A stretch of 64,000 nt of DNA from Gracilinanus agilis (lineage: Eukaryota): assembly GCF_016433145.1 (NCBI RefSeq), contig NC_058131.1, positions 291,075,486 through 291,139,485 of the forward strand, in the 5' to 3' direction. Of the stretch, positions 1 through 12,700 are shown in pieces. A program made the translations under genes and the position numbers. The notes under the pieces are model-generated. The model saw only the letters and a list, made by a program, of their open reading frames with translations. It did not search any database and was not told the DNA's origin. The stretch's first letter is position 1, and each line of letters starts with the position of its first letter.

Positions 1-894
1 ATAGCTATCCCCCTGACCAGTGAAGGACCTGGAAGGATAGAATAGAACAGGGCTCTAAGTTATCTCTGGAAGGGATAGTACTGGGAAAGGATCAACCTCC
101 AACTGGAAAGAGGCATCCAGAATTTGGTGGAAAATAGGCTATAGGGACTAGAACTGGGAGAGAGAAAGTTCCTAAAGGCTTTCCAAAGAGTTTGCTCCTT
201 CTGAGTCCTGATCTAGTAAGATAAGATCTGCCTTCAGATAAGAAGACCTGGGCTTGAAAGCTATTGTTTTACTTAATAGCTAATGAAATGTGAGCTCACA
301 TGATCAGGGACAATTATATTTTTAATCTTTGAATCCCTAGAACCTTGACCAGTTCTTTGCATGTGGTAGACATTTAATAACTCTCCACTGGACTGATTTG
401 AATTGTATAACCTTGAGCAAGTCCCTTCCCCAGACTTTCCTTGTCTGTAAAGTAGGGAGTAGACTAGATAATTCTTAATATCTCTTCTAGTTCTGACACT
501 GTAGTTCTTGGTATCATTCTGTGAATTAATTTCAGAATATTTTCAGAGAAGTGGACATTTTTCTTCCTCTGTGTATGTATTTTGGGGATGGGAGGTGTGG
601 AGAGGTTTTTATTGCTGCATGTCTGAAAAGACGAAAGTAGCATATCAAATAGGAAGTAGGAAGGCTAGGCAACTCCAGGTGATTGATAGCAGTGGCTAAG
701 TGAAACAAAAAAGACTTCAACTTTGTTTCAGTGACTGGTTTCAAATTTCATTCCTGCCAAGCTTTTTGTCTTTTTATGTTTTAGCTCTTTTCTTTACCAC
801 TGTACACCCTCTAGTGGGAGTATTGAAAATTAAGTGGAATTAGTGAAGGGTCATTTGTTGGGTAAGGAAAGCATTTGCTATTTCTATTTTTGAG

Positions 895-1125
895 TCATTT
901 CAGTTGTGTCTGACCCATTTGAGGTTTTCTTGGCAAAGATACTGGAGGAGTTTGCCATTTCCTGTTCCAGATCATTTGACAGATGAGGAAATGAGGCAAA
1001 CAGGGTTAAGTGACTTGCCCAGGGACAAATAGCTAGTAAGTATCTGAGGTCAGATTTAAACTCAAGAAAAGCGAGTATTCCTGATTCTCAGCCCAGCACA
1101 CTCTATCCACTATACCACCTTGCTG
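895..1125 (-). mobile_element. MAR1/MIR-type CORE SINE (representative of many copies)
   Basis: TTTTCTTGGCAAAGATACTGGAG...ACAGATGAGGAAA..GAGGCAAACAGGGTTAAGTGACTTGCCC. Confidence 0.8.
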
Positions 1126-1619
1126 ACCAAGAAAAGTGGTGGGTGCCCTCCATTTATCATAAGATGGATGATCAGTATTTCTAATTTTTTTGTCCCTATC
1201 ATACCAAATTTGTCACCAATGAAATTTTGCAGTCCCCAGCCTATAAGAAAATTATGAATGATATAATTTAATGTGAGTTTTCCTTCCATGAGTTAATAAT
1301 AACAATGAAGATAATAGTACTTGCTTTCAGTGAGTCTAGATGAATTTATATCCTAATTTTTTATTTCATTCCAAACACCCCAGTTATTTTATCTTTCTGT
1401 GCAATAGTCCATGAAATATCAAACATAAAAGAATAAAAGCAAAGAAGGAATTGTCCTAGTATTCTGACAAAACTCAATAAAACAGAGATGAAAATGAGAC
1501 AAAAATAACACATTGAGAGCTTTAAAATTTGCAAAGTGCTTTTCATAAATCAGCTCATTTAAGCCTTTCAGAAGCTCTGTGAGGTAGATATCATTGGCTG
1601 TTATTATTTGTTTGTTTTA

Positions 1620-1763
1620 AAAAAAATTTTTTTTTATAGGCAATGGGGGTCAAGTGACTTGGCCAGGGTCACACAGCTGGGAAGTGTCTGAGGTCAGATT
1701 TGAACCTAGGACCTCCCATCTCTAAGCCTGTCTCTCAATTCACTGAGCTACCCAGCTGCCCCC
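1620..1763 (-). mobile_element. SINE1_Mdo-type SINE (representative; others at ~2636-2830, 6758-6934, 24140-24260, 29660-29850, 38670-38760, 43500-43690, 43800-43940, 61020-61215)
   Basis: Shared GGCAATGGGGGTCAAGTGACTT..CAGGGTCACACAGCTGGGAAGTGTCTGAGG core. Confidence 0.85.
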
Positions 1764-3559
1764 AGCTGTTATTATTATCATTCCATTGTTGAGGAAAAGT
1801 AGGGCTCTGGCCCATTTAAGTGACTTGACTAAGGTCCCACAGCTAGTAGGTCCTACGAAGAATTGGAACTGAGGCTTTCATGTTTCAATCCATTTATACC
1901 TTTTTACTCTGGGCAATTCTTGCCTGTGATTTTCTCTAAATCCAATATAAAGGATCTATATAAGGTGCAAGAGTCTTCCTCTAGATCTTTTGGATAGTCC
2001 ATCTGTTATCTATTGCTCTTCCTACATGACTGTGTCCAACCTCTATTCCAGGATGTCTCTTTTATAGCCTCTCATGACTAGATACTTGGCATTACTTTAT
2101 TTTTTAAAGAAGAACTATATATTTAGCAATGTATATGACAATAATGATTTCTCATTTCCTATTCCTTTAATGATCATCTCCTTATCCTAGCATTCAAGGA
2201 CTTCCAGAATCAATTCTACCCTATCTTTCTAGCTAGATCTTGTCCTTTCATAGATCTTACTCTCTCTAGCCAGAATGGAATGTTTACCATTCCCCAATCT
2301 TGTCTAGGCCTCTCTGTCCTTTATGTGTTTGATTATGCTTTCCCCATGAGAAAGGTACTTTATCCTATGTGCCTTTTTACCTTATCTTGACTCCTTAAAA
2401 CCTTTCTCTTCCTTCAAAGTCCAGAAAAGAATAAAAGAAAGTTCAAAAATAAATACAACCAGGGTAAACTTGAAAGTAAACTTGAAAGTACTTGTTTATT
2501 ATGTATGCATATTTTTTAAAATGACATAATTGGTTGGAAGTTTCACATAAAATTCCATTTTTCTGTTTGATTTTGCATATGGAAATAAATGTTCCTTTTT
2601 GGGGGCGGGGTGTGCTAAAGTTATAATATATATATTTTAAGCCCTTACCTTCCATCTTAGAGTCAACACTATGTGTTGAATCTAAGGCAGAAGAGTGGCA
2701 AGGGCTAGTAATAGGGGTTAAATGACTTGCCCAGAGTCACATAGCTAAGAAATATTTGAGGCTATGTTTGAATCCAGGACTTCCCATCTTTAGGCCTAGA
2801 TCTCAATCCACTGAGCTACCTAGGTGTCTCTTAAACTTATAATTTAAAAAAAATCTAGATTTTGTAGGGGAAAAAAGAACCAGTTGTTCTGAGATGACTT
2901 TGATCAGGTCTCCTGTGACTGAGGGCAACAGGGGTCCTGGAGCCAGCTTCTCCTTCTTTGGCATCCTTCCTACTTGAAAATATAGAACAAAACAAATCCT
3001 TTATGTTTGCTTTCTGTGAACAGCCTGACTAAACTCAACAGAACACATTGGCCACTGAGTGATAAATTTGGCAGTCATTACAACTTATGAAAGAAAGAAA
3101 AATACAAAACAAACTTCAGTCCTATGTGACCTCCTTTTGCTTCTGGTAAATCAGTGGTGGCACAGTAAATGAATGAATAAATGAAAAAGTATTTACATAT
3201 TTGATGCTTACTATTTGCCAACAACTCTACTAAATGCTGGGGATACAAATAGAAAAGCAAGGTAATCATTGCTTTGAGGTAGTCACATTCTCACAGTATG
3301 AGAAGAAACATAGATATAGGAAGTTGCACCTGCAAGTCAAATGGCAAAGTCCCATGGTTCTTAGGGAATAACAGCAAAGAAAATGTTAATCCATATTTTA
3401 AATTTTTATTTGCACTGATAAAACCATAGTCATTTCTGATCCTGAAATTTTGGTAGGATTTTGATAGTAAGCACTAGATATACAAAAAACAAAACAAAAT
3501 GTAAAAAAATCCCTGTTCTAAAGGAGCTCACTGTCTAAAGAGGGAAACAACTCTTGGCC

Positions 3560-4110
3560 ATCTCTTGTTTCAGTACTTAAACTTAGCATTTGTAAAAAAA
3601 AAAACCAAACTACTAAGGCTCTTGTATGCCAATATCTGTTGCAGAAGATGAAGAAGTAGAGAAATTTAATGAAGACCTGAACAAGGCCTTTCAAATTAAA
3701 TCTATGTATGCCTTAATGCTCAGTGGGCTTCAATACTGTTAGGCAAAGTAGAAGGTAGTATAAAATAATGAGAGAATATGAAAGAAGTCAAAAGACCTAT
3801 AAAATGCACAGAAGCCCAATACCTACAGATAATGAATGCTTTCTTTAAGAAGTGAGTCGGGAAGTGCTGGACATGGAAAGGAACAGACATCATAAAGAAT
3901 AAAATAGATTAAATCTCAGCAAACAAGAAACTTCAGTTTATGATCCGAGAGTCATATCTGAACTGTCTGTCTCTGTACAGGAAGATCATTAACTTGTTGG
4001 AACTAATATTTGAATCAATATCAGATTAGATGGGGGGGGGGGAAGACGAAGATATGCCTACAATTAAAATAAAGCAAACTTAGTCTATTTAAATAGCTAT
4101 TGCTTGATCT
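3560..4110 (+). mobile_element. Old RTE-clade LINE, endonuclease-domain fragment
   Basis: Degraded translation AEDEEVEKFNEDLNKAFQIKS... and ...CVQEDH*LVGTNI matches the RTE APE domain. Confidence 0.75.
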
Positions 4111-5486
4111 GAGACAATTCTGAAAGACTCATGATGGGGAATGATATTGATACCTCCAGAGAAAGAACTGTTGAGTCATATGGATGCAAATCAAAGTATG
4201 CAACCTTTCACATCAGTGTATTTATGGCTTTTTTTCCCCTGCATTTTGGTTTCCTACAAGCGTGCTCTTAGAACAATGTCCAATATGGAAGTATGTTTTG
4301 CATGATAATACATGCATGGCCCAGATCAAATTGCTTATCATCTCCAAATCAAGGGAAGAGAGGGAGGAAAGGAACCAGTTTGGATCTGATAATTTTGGAA
4401 AACTATATGTTGAAAATTATTGTTACATATAATTGGAAAAATAAAATATCTTTGATTAAACAAATAAATAAATAAGCTATTGCTGTCAAAAATGGGAGGA
4501 GCGGGGAATAAACAGGTATTAACACATGCCATTGTCAATTTCTAAGGAACTTTAACCAATAACTATCAGCACTGAAATGATATGACCAACAAGATGGAGG
4601 ACTAAAATCCTCACAACTCTCAAACTTCTTCAAAACAAGAATTATGCACAAGAAATAAAGTAATTGCATCTGTCTCCACAGCCTAAGACACAAAGAATTC
4701 TAACAAAGTAACAACCTGGATGAACTGGCAGAAAAGAAGGCTGATCTCTTATCCCTAATGCTTTCATCACCGACCTTGTTAACAAATCCCATACTCTGGC
4801 ACAGAGGCAAAACTTCTGGATAATTTCCTTGCAACAGTTGTAAGTCCTGTCAGCACATGGCACTGCCCTTGTCTTTGCCCACAATTCTGTGGCAATAAGC
4901 AACAGAACTTAAATCTGTCCACCTCTACCCTTAGTATAGGATAGCAGAAATGTACTCTCCTTGAGGGACAGTGCTTAGTCAAAGACCTAAAGAATAGGGA
5001 TTTATCGATTCATATATGTGGGGCTCCATGGGCCAGAAGAAAAGGAGACTGGCACCTTGCTAAGGCTAGTCTTATTCCCATTCCCTCCTAGAAGTCACCT
5101 GGCCATAGACTAAAGCTAATTAGTGAAAAGTAAATTCCCTAGCATGGGAAGAAACAGACAATCTTGAGGTCTAGCCCTTGGGGAACCCCCAGAAAGTGAG
5201 AGAAAAGTGAATTTTAATGAAAAAAACCCCAAAAGACTAAAATTACTAAAGTTTTCAGGAGGAAGAAAACTCAATTAAAACCTTAAGCATGGCAAGATAT
5301 TAATAATAGAAGGCAATATATCCTTCAGATAATCTAAACGAATCTAAACATCTCTGAATAAATACTGAAAGATCAAGGGAAATGAATCAACAACCTGATG
5401 AGGAGTCCCTATGGACTTCTAAGAAGGATAGCTAAGAGAGCAAGATGTTCCTGAATGGTTCAGTAGTGGAAGAGGGAAATTTTAGG

Positions 5487-6126
5487 TATTATAGATATAT
5501 AATATTTAAAGTGTGGCCGCCAGGAATCAACAATTTAGGTTGATTCCGTAATTAAATCAGACCCAAGTCAGCATCGGGTTGAGGAGTTTATTTACAATCT
5601 GGTAGGTAAAGAGTAGGAATAAAGAGAAAGGGAGAGGCTAGTCCAGGCCAAAGGCCTGGATGGAGAGAGAAGGTTAAAAGGCTAAATAAATGAAGCTGCA
5701 AGCCGCAAGGCCCAACAGCCAGATAGGCAGAGTTTGGAAGCGGCCCAGCTAGGCCAAGGAAGTCAGCCTAACTTACCCACGTGACAATACAGAGTAGAAG
5801 TTGTCTGTGGTCTCAGGAGATCCTTCAGCACCGAGTTCGAATCGGGAACTGCCTCAACAGGAAGTAAGTAACATACTTGAAGAGATAGTGTCTTTTCACT
5901 TTGTCACTTCCTGTGGTCCACCTCTAATTCAAATGGACAAATGGCAGTCTCTACATTGATTTGGACTGCCCAAAGGGCAGTCCCTTGTTCTTGATTTGCT
6001 ACTCATTGTCATGTGTGGGTAACTCGTCTCCCCTCCCCACTAAGGGAGGTGAGAGTGACATCATTTCTATGCCTAGGATGGGTAGATTTTTTGACTATGA
6101 ATGGACTTGAGCTGATTCCATTTACA
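5487..6126 (-). mobile_element. Solo LTR
   Basis: Abrupt compositional change; ends ...TTTACA at 6126, degenerate TG (TATTATA) at 5487; minus-strand AATAAA at 5587-5592; no clean TSD seen. Confidence 0.55.
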
Positions 6127-6959
6127 CAGTAGAGAAATGAGTGAAAACAGAATATGTCTTGCACAGCAGAAATCATTAGCAAAATAGAAAAACTTGATTT
6201 ACAATACTAAATCTCACCAAAGAAACAAAAGAGAGAACAACTCATTTGGAATTCAAATATATTGAAGCATCAGGCAATCTGAAAGAAGAGAAGCAGAAAG
6301 TGATAATGTTAAAAAGAAAAGGATTCTCCATATAAAGAAAAGATTGAGGAAAGCAGATAGTTGATCTCTTTGTAATGCAGACACATGGCAGTGAAATAAT
6401 AATGATCCTAAATGCAAGGACAACACTAGTTTAGAATATAGAGTAATTTGTAAATTTTGTTATAGATTAAGAGACAGCTAAGTACTGAGCCTGCAGTCAA
6501 AAAGATCTGAGTTCAAATCACTTCTGCCTCAGACATTTACTAATTGGATGGTCCTGAGCAAGTCTCTTAACTTCATTTGCCTCATTTTCTTCAAATGTAA
6601 TATGCCTTGTAGGATTATTGTCAAGATTAAATGAGATAAATGAGATTATATCTGTAAAGCACTTAGCACAATACCTGACCCATAGTAGATGTTATAGAAA
6701 TGCTTATTCCCTCCCCTTTATGAGCAATATTTCCTTACTGAAAAATCAGAAACGAAGGGTGACTAGGTAGAATGATGGATAAAGTGCTAAGTCTGGAGTT
6801 GGGAGGACGTGGGTTCAAAAGTGGTTTCAGATACTGCTTGGATGTGTGGCCCTGGACAAGTCGCTTAACCCAAATAACCTAGCTCTTACTGCTCTTCTGC
6901 ATTGATTCCAAGACAGAAGGTAAGAGTTAAAAAAAAATTCTTTAAGGAAAAGAAAAATG

Positions 6960-7530
6960 AGAAATGATGGGAAAATATGTTTGTAGAAGAGCCATAGTTT
7001 ATTCCAAATAATTTAGAGAACATTTAGGAATGAAACTGAAAGAAGAATAATCAAAACAAACAAACAAAAGATCTTTCAAGGTTACTATGACAAATTCTTT
7101 TCTCCATTAATGACTCTAAAATCACAATCCCTAGAGTGCTACATGAAGATGAGAAGAGAAGCTGGACTGGACCAAAGATGTTCAAAGACTGTCTAATGCT
7201 AGTGACAATATAGGTTTGAGAGTATTAAGGAGTTGGTTTGAGGGACTCTGAGAGAAAGGAAGACATCGAACACCTAGAAAAGAAAAATCATGCTATCACA
7301 AAAATACAATTAAGAAAATATCAGTAAGGATCTATATGCTTATTTTCCTGTCTCTATAGAATAGTTATGAGAATAATCTTACACTAGAGGATATCCTTGA
7401 TGAAAGTATAAGGAAGGTATAAGAAAGCTTCTGTAAATATATTCAGAGAATAAACTGCATCCTTGTCATACAATTGAATGAATCTTAACTAGAATATGAA
7501 ATTCCACTGTGGTTGATTACACAAGTAGTG
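6960..7530 (+). mobile_element. Old RTE LINE, reverse-transcriptase N-terminal fragment
   Basis: Degraded RPICLLSCLYRIVMRII...EDILDES-like sequence at ~7315-7410. Confidence 0.65.
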
Positions 7531-8344
7531 GCTGTAGTTGGATATTGGAAACAAGTGGGATAAAAGATCATTAGTACTTTTCAGTCTTCAACATTTAAAC
7601 TCTGTGATTTGCGTAGATCACAAACAGAAAGGAGTTAATTGGATTTTTTTTCATTTTAAGGCAAATAAGAATTTAAGATGAGAGACTAATACCACTCCCT
7701 CACTTTCCAGAGGCAGCAGGAGAGAGTTTAAAGGACAGACTCAAGGACCTAAGATACCTGGCTGGGTATGAATGGCTTGAAAAAAACTTCAAATGAGCAG
7801 AAATAACCTGAGGATATGAGATTTTGAGAGTTAAGGCATTAGAAAGTGCTTAGCAAGGGAGTCATATTGCAGCAAAAAAAAAGAAAAAAAAAGAAAAAAA
7901 TTAGAAGTGTCAATAGTGGTTTTACTGAAGGGGTCACGTTGAAGCTGAAGACTGTCATGTGGACACAGAGAGTAGCAGTATCAACTTAGCAAAGATAATC
8001 AGCAGAATGTGATGACATTATCAGAAACATGCAGCATCAAAGGAAGTACAGGAGTTACTCTGGATATATATGTTTCCTGAGTGTGACTTCTCTCCTACTG
8101 CCATTGTGGTAAGTTCTCTTTGTTTGGGGTGAATGGGGGTAAAGGAATATCTTTCTTGTCACTTATTTTTTTCTGATGTTTGGTTAAGTGTCTTTTTTTT
8201 GAAATTATGTGTCTTCTGGTTGTCTTAGTAAAAGAAAATCCATCAGTAGGGGCTTATGACCTATGAATAGATGCTGAGCTATAATGAGCCTTGAAATGGG
8301 ATAGTTTGCCAGTGTCCCTTTAGTGATGGGGTCCCTTGATACTA

Positions 8345-8600
8345 CATATAACAAAGCATTTGATTCAGTAGATCAATTTGTGACCCTAAAGTTTCTCCTT
8401 ATAGGAAGTCTCCCATAGATATGTTAAAATCATAGTATATTCCTTGAAAAATGCAAACCAAAGATAACTTTGATAGATGATACTCTAATTATAAATACAA
8501 AGTGAGGCATAACAGAAAGAGATACTATATGCTCACTGTTAAAGTGGAAGTCCAAAATAGAATTAAAATGAAAGAAATTTGGTTGAGTCCTCCAAATTGC
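8345..8600 (+). mobile_element. Old RTE LINE, RT fragment (continuation)
   Basis: YNKAFDSVDQ (DYxKAFDSV motif) at ~8349 and INTK*GITERDTI (degenerate GxxQGD motif). Confidence 0.7.
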
Positions 8601-9236
8601 TTTTGAATTTATATATTAGAGCTTGTTTTTCTTTTCTAAAATTTTATAATTGAAAATTAATGCAACTAAGTAAATCTACTTATAACTATTCACATCTAAA
8701 TTAACTTCCCAGAAGAGAGGGAGTATGGCATAGTGGGGAGAGAGCTAACCTTAGGCCCCCAAAACCTCAGTTCACATACCTGCTCAGATACAGACTGACT
8801 AATCCTGAACAACTTACTTCTTCTTAGTATTGAAAGAAATTCTCTAAGATTAAAAGCCATAGAGAAGGTGCTGACCTTTATTAATAGAAGGAATTTCTTC
8901 AAATGGAGTTCCCTCTGCCAATTAAGTCACAGGTCTACTTGTTATCCTGATCAATAAATAAAATATAATTTTTTTATCACTTGGAGTTCTTAGGATATTT
9001 ATTTGGACCATTTGTTTTCAGAGACTTTTCCTGTTATATAGTGACCAGGAGCATAGCCTCCATTCTTCTAGCAATGCTTTTTTGCTTTGCAGTATTCTAT
9101 AAACTTGGGTAGCACAGTGGATAAATTGCCAGGCCTGGAGTCAGAAGAACCTGGAGTCAAATTTGACCTCAGACATTTTCTAGCTGCATGAGCCTGGCAA
9201 GTCACTTAATACTGATTGCCTGATTGCAAAAGAAAA

Positions 9237-9703
9237 GGAGAGGAGAGGAGAAGAGAGGAGAGGAGAGGAGAGGAGAGGAGAGGAGAGGAGAGGAGAGGAG
9301 AGGAGAGGAGAGGAGANNNNNNNNNNNNNNNNNNNNNNNNNNNNNNNNNNNNNNNNNNNNNNNNNNNNNNNNNNNNNNNNNNNNNNNNNNNNNNNNNNNN
9401 NNNNNNNNNNNNNNNNNNNNNNNNNNNNNNNNNNNNNNNNNNNNNNNNNNNNNNNNNNNNNNNNNNNNNNNNNNNNNNNNNNNNNNNNNNNNNNNNNNNN
9501 NNNNNNNNNNNNNNNNNNNNNNNNNNNNNNNNNNNNNNNNNNNNNNNNNNNNNNNNNNNNNNNNNNNNNNNNNNNNNNNNNNNNNNNNNNNNNNNNNNNN
9601 NNNNNNNNNNNNNNNNNNNNNNNNNNNNGGAGGGGAGGGGAGGAGAGGGGAGGGGAGGAGAGGGGAGGGAGGGGAGGGGAGGGGAGGAGAGGGGAGGGGA
9701 GGA
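9237..9703. repeat. (AGGAG)n/(AGGGG)n polypurine microsatellite spanning an assembly gap
   Basis: Pentamer arrays on both sides of the N run. Confidence 0.95.
9317..9628. other. Assembly gap (312 N)
   Basis: Run of N characters. Confidence 1.
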
Positions 9704-12700
9704 GTGCTTAGCATTATATTCCATTATATTAATGTACCAAAATATATTTACTCATTCCACTATTGTTGGACATTCAGGTTGTTTCCTTCTCCCCCCACCC
9801 CCAAATGCCAATAGCTCTTTAAAATATAACACTTTCAAGCCATATTCCAAGCAATGACATTGCTGGACCAAAGTGAAGAATTATTTTTTGGAATTTTATT
9901 TTATGCTGTCGTATTTCTCTTCAAAAAAATTATACAGGTTTGAAATTCCAGCAGCAGTGAATAAGTAAACCTGTTTCTCTATATAACTTACTTGCACTGA
10001 GTTACTTTTCATTATTTTTGCCAACTTGAATATATGAAATGGTACTTGAGGATGAACATTTTTTCAAGTGATTATTAATCTGTTTTTCTTTTTCCTGAAA
10101 ATTATTTGTTCATATACTTTGACCAATACTTGGAAATAACCACAGTGACTTTTTAAAACTGCTCAATATTTTTTAGATATCAAATTTATATCAGTTGTAT
10201 TTACTATAAATATTTCCCCATTCTATTGTATTTCTTTTGATATTATTTTTGTTGAAATTATTTTTATGTAAGCAAACATCTTTTCCAATAGTTTTTAATT
10301 TATTAAATTTGAAGAAAATAATTTCTCCTCTACAATGGAGAAAAATGCTTTATTTGATTTTTAAAATTTTGCATTGTGTTGATGCTTCATGCTTCCAAAC
10401 CTTTCTAATCTTCTTAAATGAGATATATAATCATAAGCTCACTAGTGAAGATTTGAAAGGGATTGTAAAGGACGGAAAATCCAATTTTTTCACTATCTCT
10501 TTATCCATTCATTTATTTGTTTGTTCATTGGTTGGTTGATTGATTTAGAGCCAGGGCCACTGCCTGATCCCAGTGCTAATCAGTAGGAAGCTTTAACCAG
10601 CTCTCATTTTCCAAACTGGGCTAGTTCACCCCTCCTTAGGCACCCCTTCTTAGGCTCATCATATTGATACTAAACTTAGTATAAAAACTCAATAAATTTA
10701 GCATTACTATAGTTCAGATCCCTAAGCTTTGCACATAGCAGAGATCACAGGCACAGCTGACCCTCTTAGCAACTTATTCATTTTCCACAGGTGAGGAAAC
10801 AGATAAGGCCCAGAGAGTTTAAGGAACCAGTACAGATTATACAGATAGCTAATGACAAAGCCAAGATTTAATTACACTTCTTGTAATTCCAAATCTAGGA
10901 CTCTCTTCACTGCAATATGTTGTAATAGTTGGCCAAATTTTCCACATAGGAAAAGCTAAATGGAATTTGAATACCTATTATTCAGACCACAGGAATATAG
11001 TTGATTGAGTATCTTGAGTTATAGAGGTGTGCAAATTACTAAGGACAATCACTATTTTTTGATGCGACTTCATTTTGTGATATCAATAGGCATGTGAATG
11101 TACTTCTAGAGATATTGAGCTGAACCAGAACTTTTGACCTTGACCAGATGAAACTGGACTGATTTTATTTCCTGTCATTAGCTAGTTCTTAATTAGTTGA
11201 GTGCTAGAATTTCTGTTAGGCATTCTTGTATCATTTTTCTCTGTGATGTTTTTAATTCTGTGGTTTTTTTAGGAATAAATATTATTCCAAGGAGATGTGA
11301 AAAAAATTATAGCTCTCAGAAAGCACTTCAGTGACTGTTAGAAATCTTGCAACATCTGTTGGTGCAAGAAAATGAAGTATTTATAGGTTCATTCAAGCTG
11401 ATATAAATAAAAAGGGAGTTAGGAGACTACTGGAGTGAGTTTGAAGAATTGCCAGACAATAACCAACACAAGGCGATCACACCCACTCCCACAAAGAAAA
11501 GACTGAACTTGGGGAAGGAGTAGTGACAGAAAACATAGAACTGGGTGAATGGCAGTTGGGGCTCACTGCCCTTCTAACTAACCAGAGATTTCCAATTACT
11601 TTACTATGGGTTCTTTGGGTTGTAGAGGAGGAACAACAAGAAGTGTTATAAAACAGTTTAATGAATTAAAGTAAAAGGGAAATGGGTGAAGTTTGTCTAT
11701 TCTATCAGGGAAAACTCAACCAATTGTCATTTAGAATGGAGGAGTTAAGTTGATTTCCCTCTATCCCTAACACAGACATTCAGGCACTTTGGCTGGGATA
11801 GGAGAGACTGCAAAGGGCTTGGAGATAAGGGGTTTCTCACGACACTGGTGACACTGATCCAAGTTGACCTAGATAGATAAAGGTAATAGGAACAAAATCC
11901 TTGGTCAGCCAATAAATCCAATGGGCTAGAGAAAGGCTATCTGTAATTTTGTCCACCAAATTGCAGAGATTTAACCTTCTCTCAACCTAGGCTCTCGATT
12001 GCTGGTCACTCCCAAGATCTCCAGAAGTTTCACTGGTTGTAGAAAACTGGCAGGCAGGATAACTGCTGCAAACCCTCCTCCTTTCCGCCCAGTCAGTTTA
12101 CACTCTCCCCAACTCTCTTCTTCTGCATTCTATATAGAATGTCCATGACTGCCAGCCAAGATTTTGCCTTTAGCTGTCTATGTATATGTCCATATCTATC
12201 TTAACTATCTTTATACTCTATCTCATAAATTGCCTATGACAAAGCCCACAATGAAATTACATTAGTCCCTCTGAAGCACAAAAGCAAACAAAACAAGACA
12301 AAACCCCCAACACCTAGACCTGACAAACTGTTGCTTCAAAATAGCCCAGCCTCAGAAAACAAGGAAAGACCTTCAGAGGGACCTAGAAACTAGAGGAATT
12401 GTTATTGATTCCTCTGTAATGAGGAGTTGACTTTGATAAGTTGAAAGAATAGCAAAAAACCTAATTTTTAAAAAGCTACTATGCACTGATATGAAGAAAA
12501 AATGCTTGTCATAGGCAAGATAATACAGACTGAAGCCCTGAAGATTTTTTTTAATGTTAATTTTTGTTGACGAAACTCACCTTTTTATTCAGGTGATTGT
12601 TGTCAGAAGAGGTCCAGGAGATGCTCTAAGATATGGGCATCTTTAATGGACTGTAAAACATTCACCCAAAAATGTCTGGGGAGTTTTTCACTTCTTTGAC

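Noticed and set aside
4642-4982. Cys-containing minus-strand ORFs, considered as metallothionein (MT4 neighbours BBS2 in human) or an env remnant
   Set aside because: No MDP start or CxC/CC pattern of metallothioneins and no splice structure; embedded in decayed repeats. No MT exon was found anywhere in the window.
9202-9857. Four long ORFs (170-213 aa) over the polypurine repeat
   Set aside because: Artefacts of a stop-free microsatellite plus 312 N; low-complexity translations.
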